The notes: generated from the sequence alone by a model not told the origin. A DNA stretch of 64,000 nt from Candidatus Woesebacteria bacterium RIFCSPHIGHO2_02_FULL_42_20 (GCA_001792535.1 MGGS01000008.1:11016-75015), one strand, 5' to 3'. Numbered from the stretch's first letter, positions 37,061 to 46,690 are shown. Made by a program: numbers and translations.

Positions 37061-38398
37061 ATGAAGGTTTCATCGGTACTAGGTCTAAATGCCAGGACTA
37101 AACTTTTTTCTTACCCTTATAATTCTAAAAAAGGCAAAAGAATCGCAAGGTCGAAGATATCGACATATAGAGTATTGAAAAAAGCACAGATTCCCACTCC
37201 CGCAATTTTTAAAAGGTTTAGGACTACTCATGATGTTTATGATTTTAATTGGGATAGTCTTCCGGCATCATTTGCTGTAAAACCAAGCCGCGGCCTTGGC
37301 GGCGAGGGGATAATCGTTGTCAAAAAAAGAGCAAAGGAGCTTGGATTTTGGATAACCATCCAGAAAAAAAGAATTGGAGTTGGTGACCTTAAGCTTCACG
37401 TAATGGACATTTTGGAGGGTGCGTATAGCCTTGGAAATTACCCGGACGTGGCTTTTATTCAGGAGTTCGTCGACCGGCACAATGCATTCAGGAAATATAG
37501 CTTTAGGGGTACTCCTGATATCAGGATAATTGTCTTTAATAAAGTGCCTGTCATGGCAATGTTGCGCCTTCCAACAAAAGAATCCGGTGGCCGGGCTAAT
37601 CTACACCAGGGAGCGCTGGGACTCGGAGTGGATATTACGACAGGGATTACCACAAAAGCCGTATACAACAGTAATCTTATAAGGTATAAGCCGGGAACTG
37701 AAAGGAAGCTTAACGGAATAAAGATTCCTCAATGGGAGGAGATTTTGAAAATTGCCGTTTCCTGTCAGGAAGTTTCCAGTCTGGGCTATTTGGGGGTGGA
37801 TATCGTACTTCACCCCGAAAAAGGCCCCATGGTACTGGAGCTCAATTCCCAGCCGGGGTTGCAGATTCAGCTTGCGAATATGGCGGGATTAAAAAAAAGG
37901 CTGGAGAGAGTTGAAGACTTGCATGTAAGGGACGTCGAACACGGGGTAAATATTGGTAAGGCTTTGTTTGGCGAGAGATTTGCCGGCAGAGTCAAAAAAG
38001 ATAAAGAAGTTAAAAAAATAAGCGTTTGGGAAGAAATAACGCTGGTTTCGGATACGGGTAAGAAAGTAAGAGTACTTGCCAAAGTCGACACGGGTGCCTG
38101 GAGGACGTCGATAGATAAAGAGTTAGCAGCAAAACTTGGTATTCTTAAGAAAGAGAACATCCTCTGGATGAGGAAAATACGTACTTCATTGGGTGTTGTA
38201 GAAAGGCCGGTTATTAACTTAAAGTACTATCTATCGGGTACAAAAATTTCGACAATTGCAAGTATATCGAATAGAACCAAGATGAGGGCGCCTATTATCA
38301 TAGGTAGAAGGGATATCCAAGGTTTTTTGGTTGTTCCGGGTATTGAAGACAAACCACATCATTGGGTTCCGCCGAAGTGGAATGCTACCATCAACTAA
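37061..38398 (+). CDS. RimK-like ATP-grasp ligase (alpha-L-glutamate-ligase-related, TIGR02291-like) fused to a C-terminal retropepsin-like putative zinc/aspartyl protease domain (PF05618-like)
   Basis: ATP-grasp segments FAVKPSRGLGGEGIIVV, IQEF, LGYLGVDIVLHPEKGPMVLELNSQPGL. The C-terminal ~130 aa (VLAKVDTGAWRTSIDKELAAKLGI...IIIGRRDI) resemble the RimK-associated clan-AA protease domain. Confidence 0.65.
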   Translation: MKVSSVLGLNARTKLFSYPYNSKKGKRIARSKISTYRVLKKAQIPTPAIFKRFRTTHDVYDFNWDSLPASFAVKPSRGLGGEGIIVVKKRAKELGFWITIQKKRIGVGDLKLHVMDILEGAYSLGNYPDVAFIQEFVDRHNAFRKYSFRGTPDIRIIVFNKVPVMAMLRLPTKESGGRANLHQGALGLGVDITTGITTKAVYNSNLIRYKPGTERKLNGIKIPQWEEILKIAVSCQEVSSLGYLGVDIVLHPEKGPMVLELNSQPGLQIQLANMAGLKKRLERVEDLHVRDVEHGVNIGKALFGERFAGRVKKDKEVKKISVWEEITLVSDTGKKVRVLAKVDTGAWRTSIDKELAAKLGILKKENILWMRKIRTSLGVVERPVINLKYYLSGTKISTIASISNRTKMRAPIIIGRRDIQGFLVVPGIEDKPHHWVPPKWNATIN

Positions 38399-38400
38399 AA

Positions 38401-39309
38401 ATGGCAAAAATATTAATACTTACTTCAAAATTAACTGATACGAAGAAATCGTTTGTAAATTTGGTCAAGCAAAACTTTCAAGATGAACAAACTGAAATCT
38501 CGATCGAGGAAATCAGCACTATTTGTTTAAGCTTAAGTAAAAATGAAATCTCTTTTAAAGTATCGGGGGTTGATATTTGCAGATATGACTTAGTTTTTTT
38601 GAGGGGTATAACAAGCAGAAATATTTTTATTGCTACGACTGTAGCGATGGTGTTAGAAAAACTTGGTATAAAATATTTCGACACACTTTACAGTGAAGCG
38701 GGTCCGCATAGAAGTAAACTTGGTTCACTTGTCAAACTTGTTGGAAGTACAATTTGTATACCTAAAACGCTTTATTTTGCCGACAAAAATTATACAAAAC
38801 ACTATAGGGAAATTTCATGCGGGCTCGGTAGTCCGTTTGTTGCCAAAGAAATGTCTCTTCAAAAGGGAAAAGGGGTACATCGGATTTATTGTTTGAAAGA
38901 TCTAAGGACTTTACCGGCTCAAACGAAGAGGGGTAGTGAAAATGAATACTTTTTTCAGAAGTTCATAGAGAAGGACCATGAATACAGAATTTTGGTTTTA
39001 GGCAAAAAAATTGGAGTTTGGGAAGAGAAAATTTCCGCAAGTAAAGATGAATTTAGAAATAATATTGCCTTGGGTGCTAGAGAAATTTTTTTAAACGTTA
39101 AAGACATCCCTTCCAAATTGGAAACGCTAGCTATAAACGCAGCAGATTCTTTGGGAATTCAAGTTGCCGGAGTAGATGTGATAGTGGATGTCCACGGAAA
39201 GTATTTTGTATTGGAAGTAAACAGAGGTCCTGGATTAACGTACGACGAATCGGTTTCACCTGAATTTAAGGCAATAGCCGAATTTTTGGAAAAAGAATGT
39301 CGAAAATAG
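38401..39309 (+). CDS. RimK-family ATP-grasp ligase (paralog 2)
   Basis: ATP-grasp pattern: FVAKEMSLQKGKGVHRI, HEYRILVLGKKIGVWEEKIS...NIALGAREIFLN, GIQVAGVDVIVDVHGKYFVLEVNRGPGL. Confidence 0.6.
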   Translation: MAKILILTSKLTDTKKSFVNLVKQNFQDEQTEISIEEISTICLSLSKNEISFKVSGVDICRYDLVFLRGITSRNIFIATTVAMVLEKLGIKYFDTLYSEAGPHRSKLGSLVKLVGSTICIPKTLYFADKNYTKHYREISCGLGSPFVAKEMSLQKGKGVHRIYCLKDLRTLPAQTKRGSENEYFFQKFIEKDHEYRILVLGKKIGVWEEKISASKDEFRNNIALGAREIFLNVKDIPSKLETLAINAADSLGIQVAGVDVIVDVHGKYFVLEVNRGPGLTYDESVSPEFKAIAEFLEKECRK

Positions 39310-40232
39310 GAATTGCTTTTTCAAATAACACGGACACGGATCCTTTTATCCGGTTGGGCAAAAAAAGGTCTGTTTATGAAGATCTTATAATGAAATGTGT
39401 TGTAAAGAGCCTTAGTTGTGTTGTGGTTACAACAAGGACCTATAAAGGAAACGCACTTTTCAAAGGGTTTTGGGAATTTATAGGAGAAGGGCATTTGAAA
39501 TTCCGGGATAAGCTAATCAAATTAGACTTAGTTTATGACAGGTCGGCAAGCAAGTTTTTTCCCGCCAAATCTGATACGCTCCGGGTTGTGGACAATTACG
39601 ACTTCAAAAGATTGTCGTGCGACAAATGGCTGGTATACAAAGAAATAGGCGAGTATATGCCGAAAACTTATTGGATTGGTAGACAAATTAATCTCATGAA
39701 AGTATTGCCTGAAGTAAGAACCGATTTTATAGTTTTAAAACCTAATAACGGGTTGAAGGGTCTTGGAATATTTATCGGATCCAAAGTAGATTCGTTGAAA
39801 TTTGATTTTTTAGAAAAGAGACCTCTTTATATTGCTCAAGAATTTGTAGACACCAAGAAGGGTATTGAAGGGATTGTCAGCGGTTTTCATGATTTGCGGA
39901 TGGTTGTAATTAATCAAAAAATCGTCTGGTCCCATGTCCGGACCCCCTCTCAAGGAAATTTGAAAGCTAATGTAGCCCAAGGAGGCAGAATAATGGAAGT
40001 GGATACAGAAATCCTTCCGGAAAAGATTAAACAAGTTACTCAAAAAATTGCAAAAGAGCTGTATACGAGATATGATAACCCATTATTCAGCGTAGATTTC
40101 GGGGTGGACGCAAATGGTAAGGCCTTTGTTTTTGAAATTAACGACCAAGTCGGTTTCCCAAAGCCTGGTATGAGAGCTAAAGATTTATTTTTGGATGAAA
40201 TGATTGTGAATTTTAAATCTAAAATAAAATGA
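39297..40232 (+). CDS. ATP-grasp ligase (paralog 3)
   Basis: FIVLKPNNGLKGLGIFI, DLRMVVINQKIVWSHVRTPSQGNLKANVAQGGRIMEV, LFSVDFGVDANGKAFVFEINDQVGFP. Overlaps the previous gene by 13 nt. Confidence 0.6.
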   Translation: MSKIGIAFSNNTDTDPFIRLGKKRSVYEDLIMKCVVKSLSCVVVTTRTYKGNALFKGFWEFIGEGHLKFRDKLIKLDLVYDRSASKFFPAKSDTLRVVDNYDFKRLSCDKWLVYKEIGEYMPKTYWIGRQINLMKVLPEVRTDFIVLKPNNGLKGLGIFIGSKVDSLKFDFLEKRPLYIAQEFVDTKKGIEGIVSGFHDLRMVVINQKIVWSHVRTPSQGNLKANVAQGGRIMEVDTEILPEKIKQVTQKIAKELYTRYDNPLFSVDFGVDANGKAFVFEINDQVGFPKPGMRAKDLFLDEMIVNFKSKIK

Positions 40233-41125
40233 AAATCATTGATTTTATAGTATTTACAGGTGGTCCAAGAGCATATGCCCCAAACAGGCTCAGGAAAGAA
40301 GCTAAAAAAAATAACATAATTTTTCGTGCTTATCTTTATAAATATTTAAACATCAAACTAAATGGAGCTCCCCAAAACTATATTTTTTCGTATAAGGGCA
40401 GAGAACTTCCTCCAGCCAAGGGTGTCTTTTTGCGTGCCCTGGGGGAAATGGCGGAGTATAATCCTTATAAATATTTCCTAATAGATTGGTTCGAATCAAA
40501 AAGTGCAAAGGTGATTAATTCGGCATCTTTTAAAAAGTGGCCGTCGTTAGATAAAACATCACAACATTTGGTGTATTTAAAAAACGATATTCCTTTCATT
40601 AATTCAGCTGTCTTCGGCTCCCAGGAATCTGCCACTGCGTGGGCAAACCCAAGTAGGTTTCCGTTTATTGTTAAAAGTAATGTTGGAAGTTGCGGCACCG
40701 AAGTTTATAAAATAAAAAGCAGACGCGCCTTGAAAAGGCTACTAAAACCTTTCAATAAAAGGACAGTCAAGGGATTGCTTTTTCAGGAATTTTTGCCCGG
40801 TGGTGAAGACCTTAGAGTAATTGTATTAAATGGCAAGGTACTTGGTGCAATGAAAAGAATTGCGAGTAAAGGCAACTACCTGACTAACTATTCGCGGGGC
40901 GGAAGCGTTGAAAATTATGATTTAACAGGGGATGCTAGCGCTTCGAAAATTGCACTAAAAGTAACCGATACATTTTCTCTGGATTATTGTGGGGTGGATT
41001 TGATGAGGGGAAAAGACGGGGGCTGGAAAGTTTTGGAAGTTAATAGGGCTTGTCAGTTTGAAGGTTTTGAAAAAGCAACCGGAGTGAATGTGGCAAAGAA
41101 AGTTTTGGAATTTGCCGTCGGTTAA
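40229..41125 (+). CDS. RimK-family ATP-grasp ligase (paralog 4)
   Basis: FPFIVKSNVGSCGTEVYKI, DLRVIVLNGKVLGAMKRIASKGNYLTNYSRGGS, YCGVDLMRGKDGGWKVLEVNRACQFEGF. Overlaps the previous gene by 4 nt. Confidence 0.65.
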   Translation: MKIIDFIVFTGGPRAYAPNRLRKEAKKNNIIFRAYLYKYLNIKLNGAPQNYIFSYKGRELPPAKGVFLRALGEMAEYNPYKYFLIDWFESKSAKVINSASFKKWPSLDKTSQHLVYLKNDIPFINSAVFGSQESATAWANPSRFPFIVKSNVGSCGTEVYKIKSRRALKRLLKPFNKRTVKGLLFQEFLPGGEDLRVIVLNGKVLGAMKRIASKGNYLTNYSRGGSVENYDLTGDASASKIALKVTDTFSLDYCGVDLMRGKDGGWKVLEVNRACQFEGFEKATGVNVAKKVLEFAVG

Positions 41126-41366
41126 TAATCTTCTTGGATAAAAAATCCGCCCCGTAATTAGCTAGTAGTAGTTGAATTCAATTGTTTCACTTAAAGCTGC
41201 AAGAACAAGCTCGTGCTTGAAGGACGCAACCGATTTATTATTGAGTCTAGCTTTTCTATACAGTTCTTGGAGATCTTCTTCTGGAAAAATTTCAGTAGCC
41301 GTCTTATCTGGAAGGGAATTGATGTAACTATCGCCGACATGTATCAAACCTCGCCGGTATAATTCA

Positions 41367-41396
41367 GGGACTTGAGTGCATCGATGCACTCAAGTC
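41367..41396. repeat. Perfect 30-bp palindrome GGACTTGAGTGCATCGATGCACTCAAGTCC
   Basis: Read directly. It lies in the intergenic region between the ATP-grasp operon and rplL. Confidence 0.9.
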
Positions 41397-41643
41397 CGAA
41401 GCCCAACGACCAGGATTATTTTCTATTCAGGAGATGTTACCCGGATGGAAAGTGGCCGGACCGTTCAGGATATCGCACTCAGAAAGGGCGTGATGGCCGT
41501 GCTACAAAAGGGCAGGGGTCTTGGAGTCCTGATCAATATTGTTAAGCAGGCCTTAGGCCTGCTGTAGTTTCTCTTTCTTGTCCCAACCCGTCAGGGGTTA
41601 TATTTAGAAGTGTCTTTCTATATTATTTAACCCCTGACAATTT

Positions 41644-42102
41644 TTACTTCAGCTCGACTGTGGCACCTGCCGCTTTAAGCTTATCCGCAGCGGATTTCGC
41701 ATCCTCGGCCTTAGCGTCTTTCAAAATTTCTACCGGAACCTGTTCCGTCATGTCTTTAGCCTCTTTAAGACCCCAGTTCTGATTGACTTCCCGGAGTGCT
41801 TTAATAACCGCGATTTTATTGGCTCCTGCAGCTGTCATGACAACAGTCTGATTTGCACCCGCGGCGGACTCAGGTGCGCTAGGGGTTTCACCCGCTGCCG
41901 CGCCTTGCCCCGCTGGTGCCGCGACAGCGGCAACTTGTGGGGTCACTCCCAATTTATCCTGGAGAGCCTCGACTAATTCGGACAATTCCAAAACAGTAAG
42001 TTTGCTTACTTCGTCTACCAGTTTTTCGACTTTGCTTGATAGTTTTTTAGATCCTGCATGCGCAGGCATGTCTTTCTTTGGTTCGTCTGCCATAGATTTC
42101 AC
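41644..42102 (-). CDS. rplL: 50S ribosomal protein L7/L12 (with N-terminal extension and long Ala/Gly hinge)
   Basis: LTVLELSELVEALQDKLGV, and a C-terminal KIAVIKALREV...GLKEAKDM...AAGATVELK. Confidence 0.85.
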   Translation of the reverse strand: MKSMADEPKKDMPAHAGSKKLSSKVEKLVDEVSKLTVLELSELVEALQDKLGVTPQVAAVAAPAGQGAAAGETPSAPESAAGANQTVVMTAAGANKIAVIKALREVNQNWGLKEAKDMTEQVPVEILKDAKAEDAKSAADKLKAAGATVELK

Positions 42103-42638
42103 CCCCTTTTACCGGCTTCACTTAATACAAAAATTAGCTTTTGCATATTTGCATTTAACACACTTACTAATCCGTATTCTGGTGCCATCAAGTTTCCAAG
42201 CACCTGGCCTAATAAGACATCTTTTCCCGGAAGAGTTGAAATTTTAACCAAACTTTCGCTGTCTTGGAATTTTCCCTCAATCACTCCGACTTTAAACTTC
42301 GGAAGCGGTTCGCCGGTTACACTGACGGATTCCTTAGCGAATTTACCCAATATCTGGATAGGGGAGACCGGGTCGGTGCCCGACGTGATAACTGCTGTCT
42401 GGCCGGTCAAAACTGTGTCTGCTAAAGTCTCTTTTGGAAGTTTGGCATCCTCTGCAGCCAATTTAAACAAAGTATTTTTGACAACAAGCATTTTGGAGTT
42501 GCTTTCTTTAAACCTTTTTTTAAGGTCCTGCTGGGCCTTGACGGTCAGCCCCGAAAAGTCAACCAACACGACCGACTTAGCGTTTGCTAATTCATCGCTT
42601 AATTTCTTGACAAAAACCGGTTTGTCTTTCTTGTTCAT
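42099..42638 (-). CDS. rplJ: 50S ribosomal protein L10
   Basis: KSVVLVDFSGLTVKAQQDLKKRFKE... Start placed at MNKKDKPVF. Overlaps rplL by 4 nt. Confidence 0.85.
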   Translation of the reverse strand: MNKKDKPVFVKKLSDELANAKSVVLVDFSGLTVKAQQDLKKRFKESNSKMLVVKNTLFKLAAEDAKLPKETLADTVLTGQTAVITSGTDPVSPIQILGKFAKESVSVTGEPLPKFKVGVIEGKFQDSESLVKISTLPGKDVLLGQVLGNLMAPEYGLVSVLNANMQKLIFVLSEAGKRG

Positions 42639-42722
42639 AAAAAACCAAAAAACGCGCTTCGAGGCGCGTAAAAATATCTGCCTCGGCAAGACTTATTTTT
42701 ATGCTTGCTGTCTTAGGACAAA

Positions 42723-43217
42723 ATGAATTATATAGTCAAATTAATGTGTAATCAAGACATGAAATTAACCGGGGAACAGAGGCAAAAATTTGACCGTTTC
42801 GTTCGCAAAATCTATCCGTGTGTAATTGCGGTTTATCTGCATGGCTCTCGGGTTAAAGGATATTCTATTTCAACAAGCGATACGGATGTTGCCGTTGTGG
42901 TTGATAAAAAGCATGACATTCTAAGGAGAGAGCTCGAAATGATGTCTGAAGTGGGAAGTAATTTACCATTTTCCAATTCCGACGTGAGAGTCGTGGACGA
43001 AAGTAGCTCAAAAATTTTTTTGCGGAGTATAATCAAAGACTCCAGCGTTCTATATAAAAGAAGTGAGTTAGACAGGATTCGCTTTGAAGTTGGGGCTATG
43101 AGCAAGTTTTACGACCAAGGGTACATACGCGAGATTTATAAGTATTTTTTATATAAACAGATTAAGGAGGATAAATATGATCGTGGACAAAGTGACCTTA
43201 ACCAGGCTCTTGGATAA
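42723..43217 (+). CDS. MNT-type nucleotidyltransferase (antitoxin of HepT/MNT module)
   Basis: LHGSRVKGYSISTSDTDVAVVV is the GS...D.D NTase motif. Confidence 0.65.
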   Translation: MNYIVKLMCNQDMKLTGEQRQKFDRFVRKIYPCVIAVYLHGSRVKGYSISTSDTDVAVVVDKKHDILRRELEMMSEVGSNLPFSNSDVRVVDESSSKIFLRSIIKDSSVLYKRSELDRIRFEVGAMSKFYDQGYIREIYKYFLYKQIKEDKYDRGQSDLNQALG

Positions 43218-43602
43218 ACTTAAGCATAAACTGGCCAAGCTCGAGACAATGGAATTTGGCCTGGATGAAATTCGAGAGGACGAAGATATACAGGGTTTGG
43301 TAGATAGAAGGCTGCAGGTTGCTATTGAATCTTGTATTGATATGGTGACCATGGTTATCGCTGCGCTTTCGCTTAAGCGGCAAGACGAAGCTGCAGATGT
43401 TTTTCGCGAATTAGCACGTGCTAATATTATCTCAAAGAAACTAAGCGAAAAATTAGTAGACGCTTGTGGTTTGCGTAACGTTTTGGTTCATGAATGCGTC
43501 GACGTCGATTACAATGTTGTCTACAAGACTAAAAATGAGGATTTAGATAATTTGCGAGAGTTTGCAAAAGCGGTATCAAAGCTACTCGAAAAGGATAAAT
43601 GA
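43177..43602 (+). CDS. HepT-like (DUF86) toxin, RNase
   Basis: GLRNVLVHECVDVDYNVVY is the Rx4HxY motif. The 5' end overlaps the MNT gene. Confidence 0.75.
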   Translation: MIVDKVTLTRLLDKLKHKLAKLETMEFGLDEIREDEDIQGLVDRRLQVAIESCIDMVTMVIAALSLKRQDEAADVFRELARANIISKKLSEKLVDACGLRNVLVHECVDVDYNVVYKTKNEDLDNLREFAKAVSKLLEKDK

Positions 43603-43648
43603 AGGCTGGTCAGTTGCAAGGATGAAATATAAAGTATAGAATAACGAC

Positions 43649-44128
43649 ATGGTAGATATGGTTGGTGAAGCATTACCTCAGGTTGAGCAGGCACCCCGCG
43701 TTGGTTTGGCGGAAAGAGCTGTTGGATTGGGCGGACCAGTCGCGGACAGAGCTTCGAAGGTCTGGGATGCTGTTATAAAAGGTGGGAGAGCTGCATTAGA
43801 CGAATTAATTGAAGCACCTCTTAGAGCTAAAGTGGGGTTGTCAGTCGTGCTTGCTGAAACAACTAATCTTATTTTAGCTAAAGCCGCTTTTGCCGAAGGC
43901 CTAAGCGGACAGGTTTTAGAGCAAGCTAAAGATTTGGCTCAAATGCAGGACGCAGTGATATTGGCAGGTGCGTTGGTGGGCGGTTTGATAGGTGGTGGTA
44001 TTGGCTCGGTGGCAGGCAAAGGCAAGTCTGGTTTTGCATTAGGAGCCGTTGCAGGAGCGGGTTTAGCAGCTGCAGCACGCGATGGAATGCCGATTATTAT
44101 TGATACAGCTAAAAGGATGGGGGGATAA
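43649..44128 (+). CDS. Hypothetical Gly/Ala-rich (glycine-zipper-like) protein, GC-rich
   Basis: AGALVGGLIGGGIGSVAGKGKSGFALGAVAGAGLAAAA. The region 43.6-46.3 kb has higher GC than the flanks. Confidence 0.35.
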   Translation: MVDMVGEALPQVEQAPRVGLAERAVGLGGPVADRASKVWDAVIKGGRAALDELIEAPLRAKVGLSVVLAETTNLILAKAAFAEGLSGQVLEQAKDLAQMQDAVILAGALVGGLIGGGIGSVAGKGKSGFALGAVAGAGLAAAARDGMPIIIDTAKRMGG

Positions 44129-44133
44129 AGACT

Positions 44134-44442
44134 ATGAATAAAGTAGCCGATGTTGTTTCAAAATTTAGTTTCAAAAAGAAAGAGGCCGGTTATTCTCAAG
44201 AAGAAATAGATAAAACAATTTTTATTGCTGCCAACGTTACAATGGAGCGAGTAATCAATAGTTTGCAAGATCAAAAGAGCGGAATTACAGATAAGGTGAA
44301 AGACTTAGGTAAAAGCGTTTTGGGAGATCCTAAAAACGATGCAAAATGGCAGGAAGCGCAAGCTTTAGTTGTTAATGACAAAGGCGAAAGTCTTGAAACT
44401 GTAATTGCAGGCGAACTTGAGGATTTTTTGGGGAAGCTCTGA
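44134..44442 (+). CDS. Hypothetical protein
   Basis: 102-aa ORF lying 6 bp after the previous gene. Confidence 0.3.
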   Translation: MNKVADVVSKFSFKKKEAGYSQEEIDKTIFIAANVTMERVINSLQDQKSGITDKVKDLGKSVLGDPKNDAKWQEAQALVVNDKGESLETVIAGELEDFLGKL

Positions 44443-44445
44443 AGT

Positions 44446-45477
44446 TTACTTTCTAGTCAATCTTCCCACTATACTGGTTGGCTGAAGTCTTCGTTCAATA
44501 GTTTGCTTTGTTTCTAGTGGAATACCTAGCCTTTCTCGAACATCGGTTGGTAAGGGAACATCAAGCGTTCCAGCCGAAGGCTCCGTAGAAAACACAGTCC
44601 TTGATTGATACAGCTGACCTTCTTCTTTTGGGTCAATAACCGGCCTGAGTATAACTTGGCCATCCCATTTAGCCTTCTTGTCATTAGCATCACGCATGCT
44701 GACAGTTGTGGCCTCGTATACTTTCATATTGTCGGCGCCGTTTGGCCCTGTGCCGATTGCGACTACTGAACTAGCTTTGACATCATCTGTATTGAAAAAT
44801 ATTGGAACATCTCTACCGGTAAATTTACCTACCCCTTTAAATATTATTGGCGTGCCGTCTTTTGTTACAGCCTCCATGGTGAGGTTTTCTCTTCTGGCTT
44901 CTGGACTGATTACGTTTGCAGCACCTCTTGCTTCGGCATCTTCAGCGACTTGGCGTAAGCCAGGCGGCAGGGAAGCTTTTTGCGCTTCCCATTGGGCGTG
45001 AAGTTCAGCTTCTATTCTTTGTTGTTCAGTTCTGGCAGTCTTACCGGCCTGAAGTGAAGTGTTGACTGTTATTGCTCGACGAGCTGTGGCATGCCTTCTT
45101 GCGAAGTCTAGTACGCCTTTGTCGGTTGGTTCCACAGAAGCCCCAGCCGCAGCTTCCGTTCCGTAAGTTTGGATATTTTGGCTAAGGTTTTGTTCAAGCA
45201 TTTGTATTCGTTCTTCTTCTGTCACGTTTTGTGGAGTTCTCCAGCCCTTTACGTATTGAAGTCTTTGCGCCAGAGAACCACGTTCAGCCGCGGTTTTAGC
45301 TCGAAGAGCTGTTGGTGTTCCCTCATAAGCCATTCTCAATTTTGCGACGGGCTGCCTTAAAAAGACAATCTTTACAGGAGCTTCTACTAACGCCCCGCCG
45401 GGCTGTCTTATTTCTGTGGCAACCGGCACGGCAGCGTTGCCCCCTAGTTCCACTGGTGTTTCTCCGGGTCCGCTCAT
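44446..45477 (-). CDS. Hypothetical protein (343 aa), GC-rich
   Basis: Long ORF. Its start overlaps the upstream 180-aa ORF by 4 nt. Confidence 0.4.
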   Translation of the reverse strand: MSGPGETPVELGGNAAVPVATEIRQPGGALVEAPVKIVFLRQPVAKLRMAYEGTPTALRAKTAAERGSLAQRLQYVKGWRTPQNVTEEERIQMLEQNLSQNIQTYGTEAAAGASVEPTDKGVLDFARRHATARRAITVNTSLQAGKTARTEQQRIEAELHAQWEAQKASLPPGLRQVAEDAEARGAANVISPEARRENLTMEAVTKDGTPIIFKGVGKFTGRDVPIFFNTDDVKASSVVAIGTGPNGADNMKVYEATTVSMRDANDKKAKWDGQVILRPVIDPKEEGQLYQSRTVFSTEPSAGTLDVPLPTDVRERLGIPLETKQTIERRLQPTSIVGRLTRK

Positions 45478-46016
45478 TGTTCTATAGATACCAAATTGGG
45501 TACGCTAGTCAAATTCACTAAGTCTTCGGGAATACCTATGGCCACCAGCTCAATTTCTTTTTCATTGGGGTTCTCAGTTGGTTTTAAATCAAAAGAAAAA
45601 GCAAGTGCTTGGCCTTCGGTGTCCTTTAGTTGTTCGAATGCGGTGTTAAGCTTAAGCTCAAAAGCTTCAACTCCCTGTTTGTCTAGCGGACTAGTTAGCA
45701 TCTCCAAGCCGGTTTTGAGAACTAAAAGCGCGCTATCGTAGTCGTCAGTCGCAAAGAAATATTCTTTGGTCAGCTCACTAAAAACAGCCTGGGCACCAGC
45801 TTTTGTTTGGGTTGCCAAATTTGGCTCGTAAAGAAGGTCACTTAATGTTCGTGCGCGTTCAATCGGATCAAAATTTGGGTGGGGGTTCTCAATTTTTCCC
45901 TGAAGTTGTTTGACCCTTTTTACGACTCGGCCAACAAACGGCTCGGCTTCCTTTTGATTAGCGCTTTCTATTCGATATACCTCTATTCCAAAGCTTTTAC
46001 GCATTTCAGGTGTCAT
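45474..46016 (-). CDS. Hypothetical protein (180 aa)
   Basis: Forms a translationally coupled pair with the 343-aa ORF. Confidence 0.4.
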   Translation of the reverse strand: MTPEMRKSFGIEVYRIESANQKEAEPFVGRVVKRVKQLQGKIENPHPNFDPIERARTLSDLLYEPNLATQTKAGAQAVFSELTKEYFFATDDYDSALLVLKTGLEMLTSPLDKQGVEAFELKLNTAFEQLKDTEGQALAFSFDLKPTENPNEKEIELVAIGIPEDLVNLTSVPNLVSIEQ

Positions 46017-46439
46017 ACAAGTTGAAAACTATTATATACTATAAATCGTAGGTCTATCTAGGAGGTGATTATATGATACATGGTCCAGAGGAAATAGAAG
46101 TTTTGTCTCCACTCGATGAATTTTTAGAGTCGTTGAGCGAGGAAGATGCAGCGGATGTCAATGAAGCCGTTTTAGGAGCCAGAGGGCGCGGTGTATCGGA
46201 TAAGGAGATATTTGCTGCCCTGACTGGGGAAGTTGAAGCTGGTAGATCTCCCGTAGGCGAGCCGGAACCAACCGCTTAGTTTAATTTCTCAAGTACTATT
46301 TTGTAGTCCGCGCTTAATATGTGATAGTTTATATCAATTGTCTTTCCCACAATACAATAACTTCAAGAGTTTTTGGGCCTAAAGGCTCTTATTGTGTCGG
46401 CTTGGCTGGAGGATATTGGGCTGCCTGTTGCTCTTCGGT

Positions 46440-46690
46440 TGCGGTCCCGTATAATCGCTCATGTAGTTTTTTAGCAGAATTGAACTGCCAGTTGACGCGA
46501 GCTTAATAAGATTGCTGCATATAGCACGTCTTGGCCGTTTTTTCACCCGATTTGCGAATCAGGTCGACCTTGACGGAAGCGCGCTCGAGAGCATTAAACA
46601 CTTCATTCTTTTAGGTAGCTGTTTTGTAGTTGGCTCAGGCGCGCCCGAATTTTCAGTCATTGACGTATTTTAGCAGACTAAGTCTCTTGC
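46440..46690. repeat. Degenerate, internally deleted direct-repeat copy of the 5' region of gene 50779..51303 (partner at ~50950..51300)
   Basis: Shared blocks: gagcttaataagattgctgcatat(a/g)gcacgtcttggccgtttt; ttcacccgatttgcgaatcaggtcgaccttgacggaagcgcgctcgag; gttttgtagttggctcag; cattga(c/t)a(t/c)attttagca. All are in the same orientation. Confidence 0.8.

Noticed and set aside
41162-41567. Small ORFs 41162..41389(-) and 41376..41567(+) both starting MHRCTQV
   Set aside because: The shared N-terminus is an artefact of the 30-bp palindrome. Neither ORF has other support, although a small precursor peptide for the ATP-grasp system cannot be excluded.
42002-42726. + strand ORFs overlapping rplL/rplJ (42002..42247, 42058..42726)
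   Set aside because: They are antisense to highly conserved ribosomal protein genes and are shadow ORFs.
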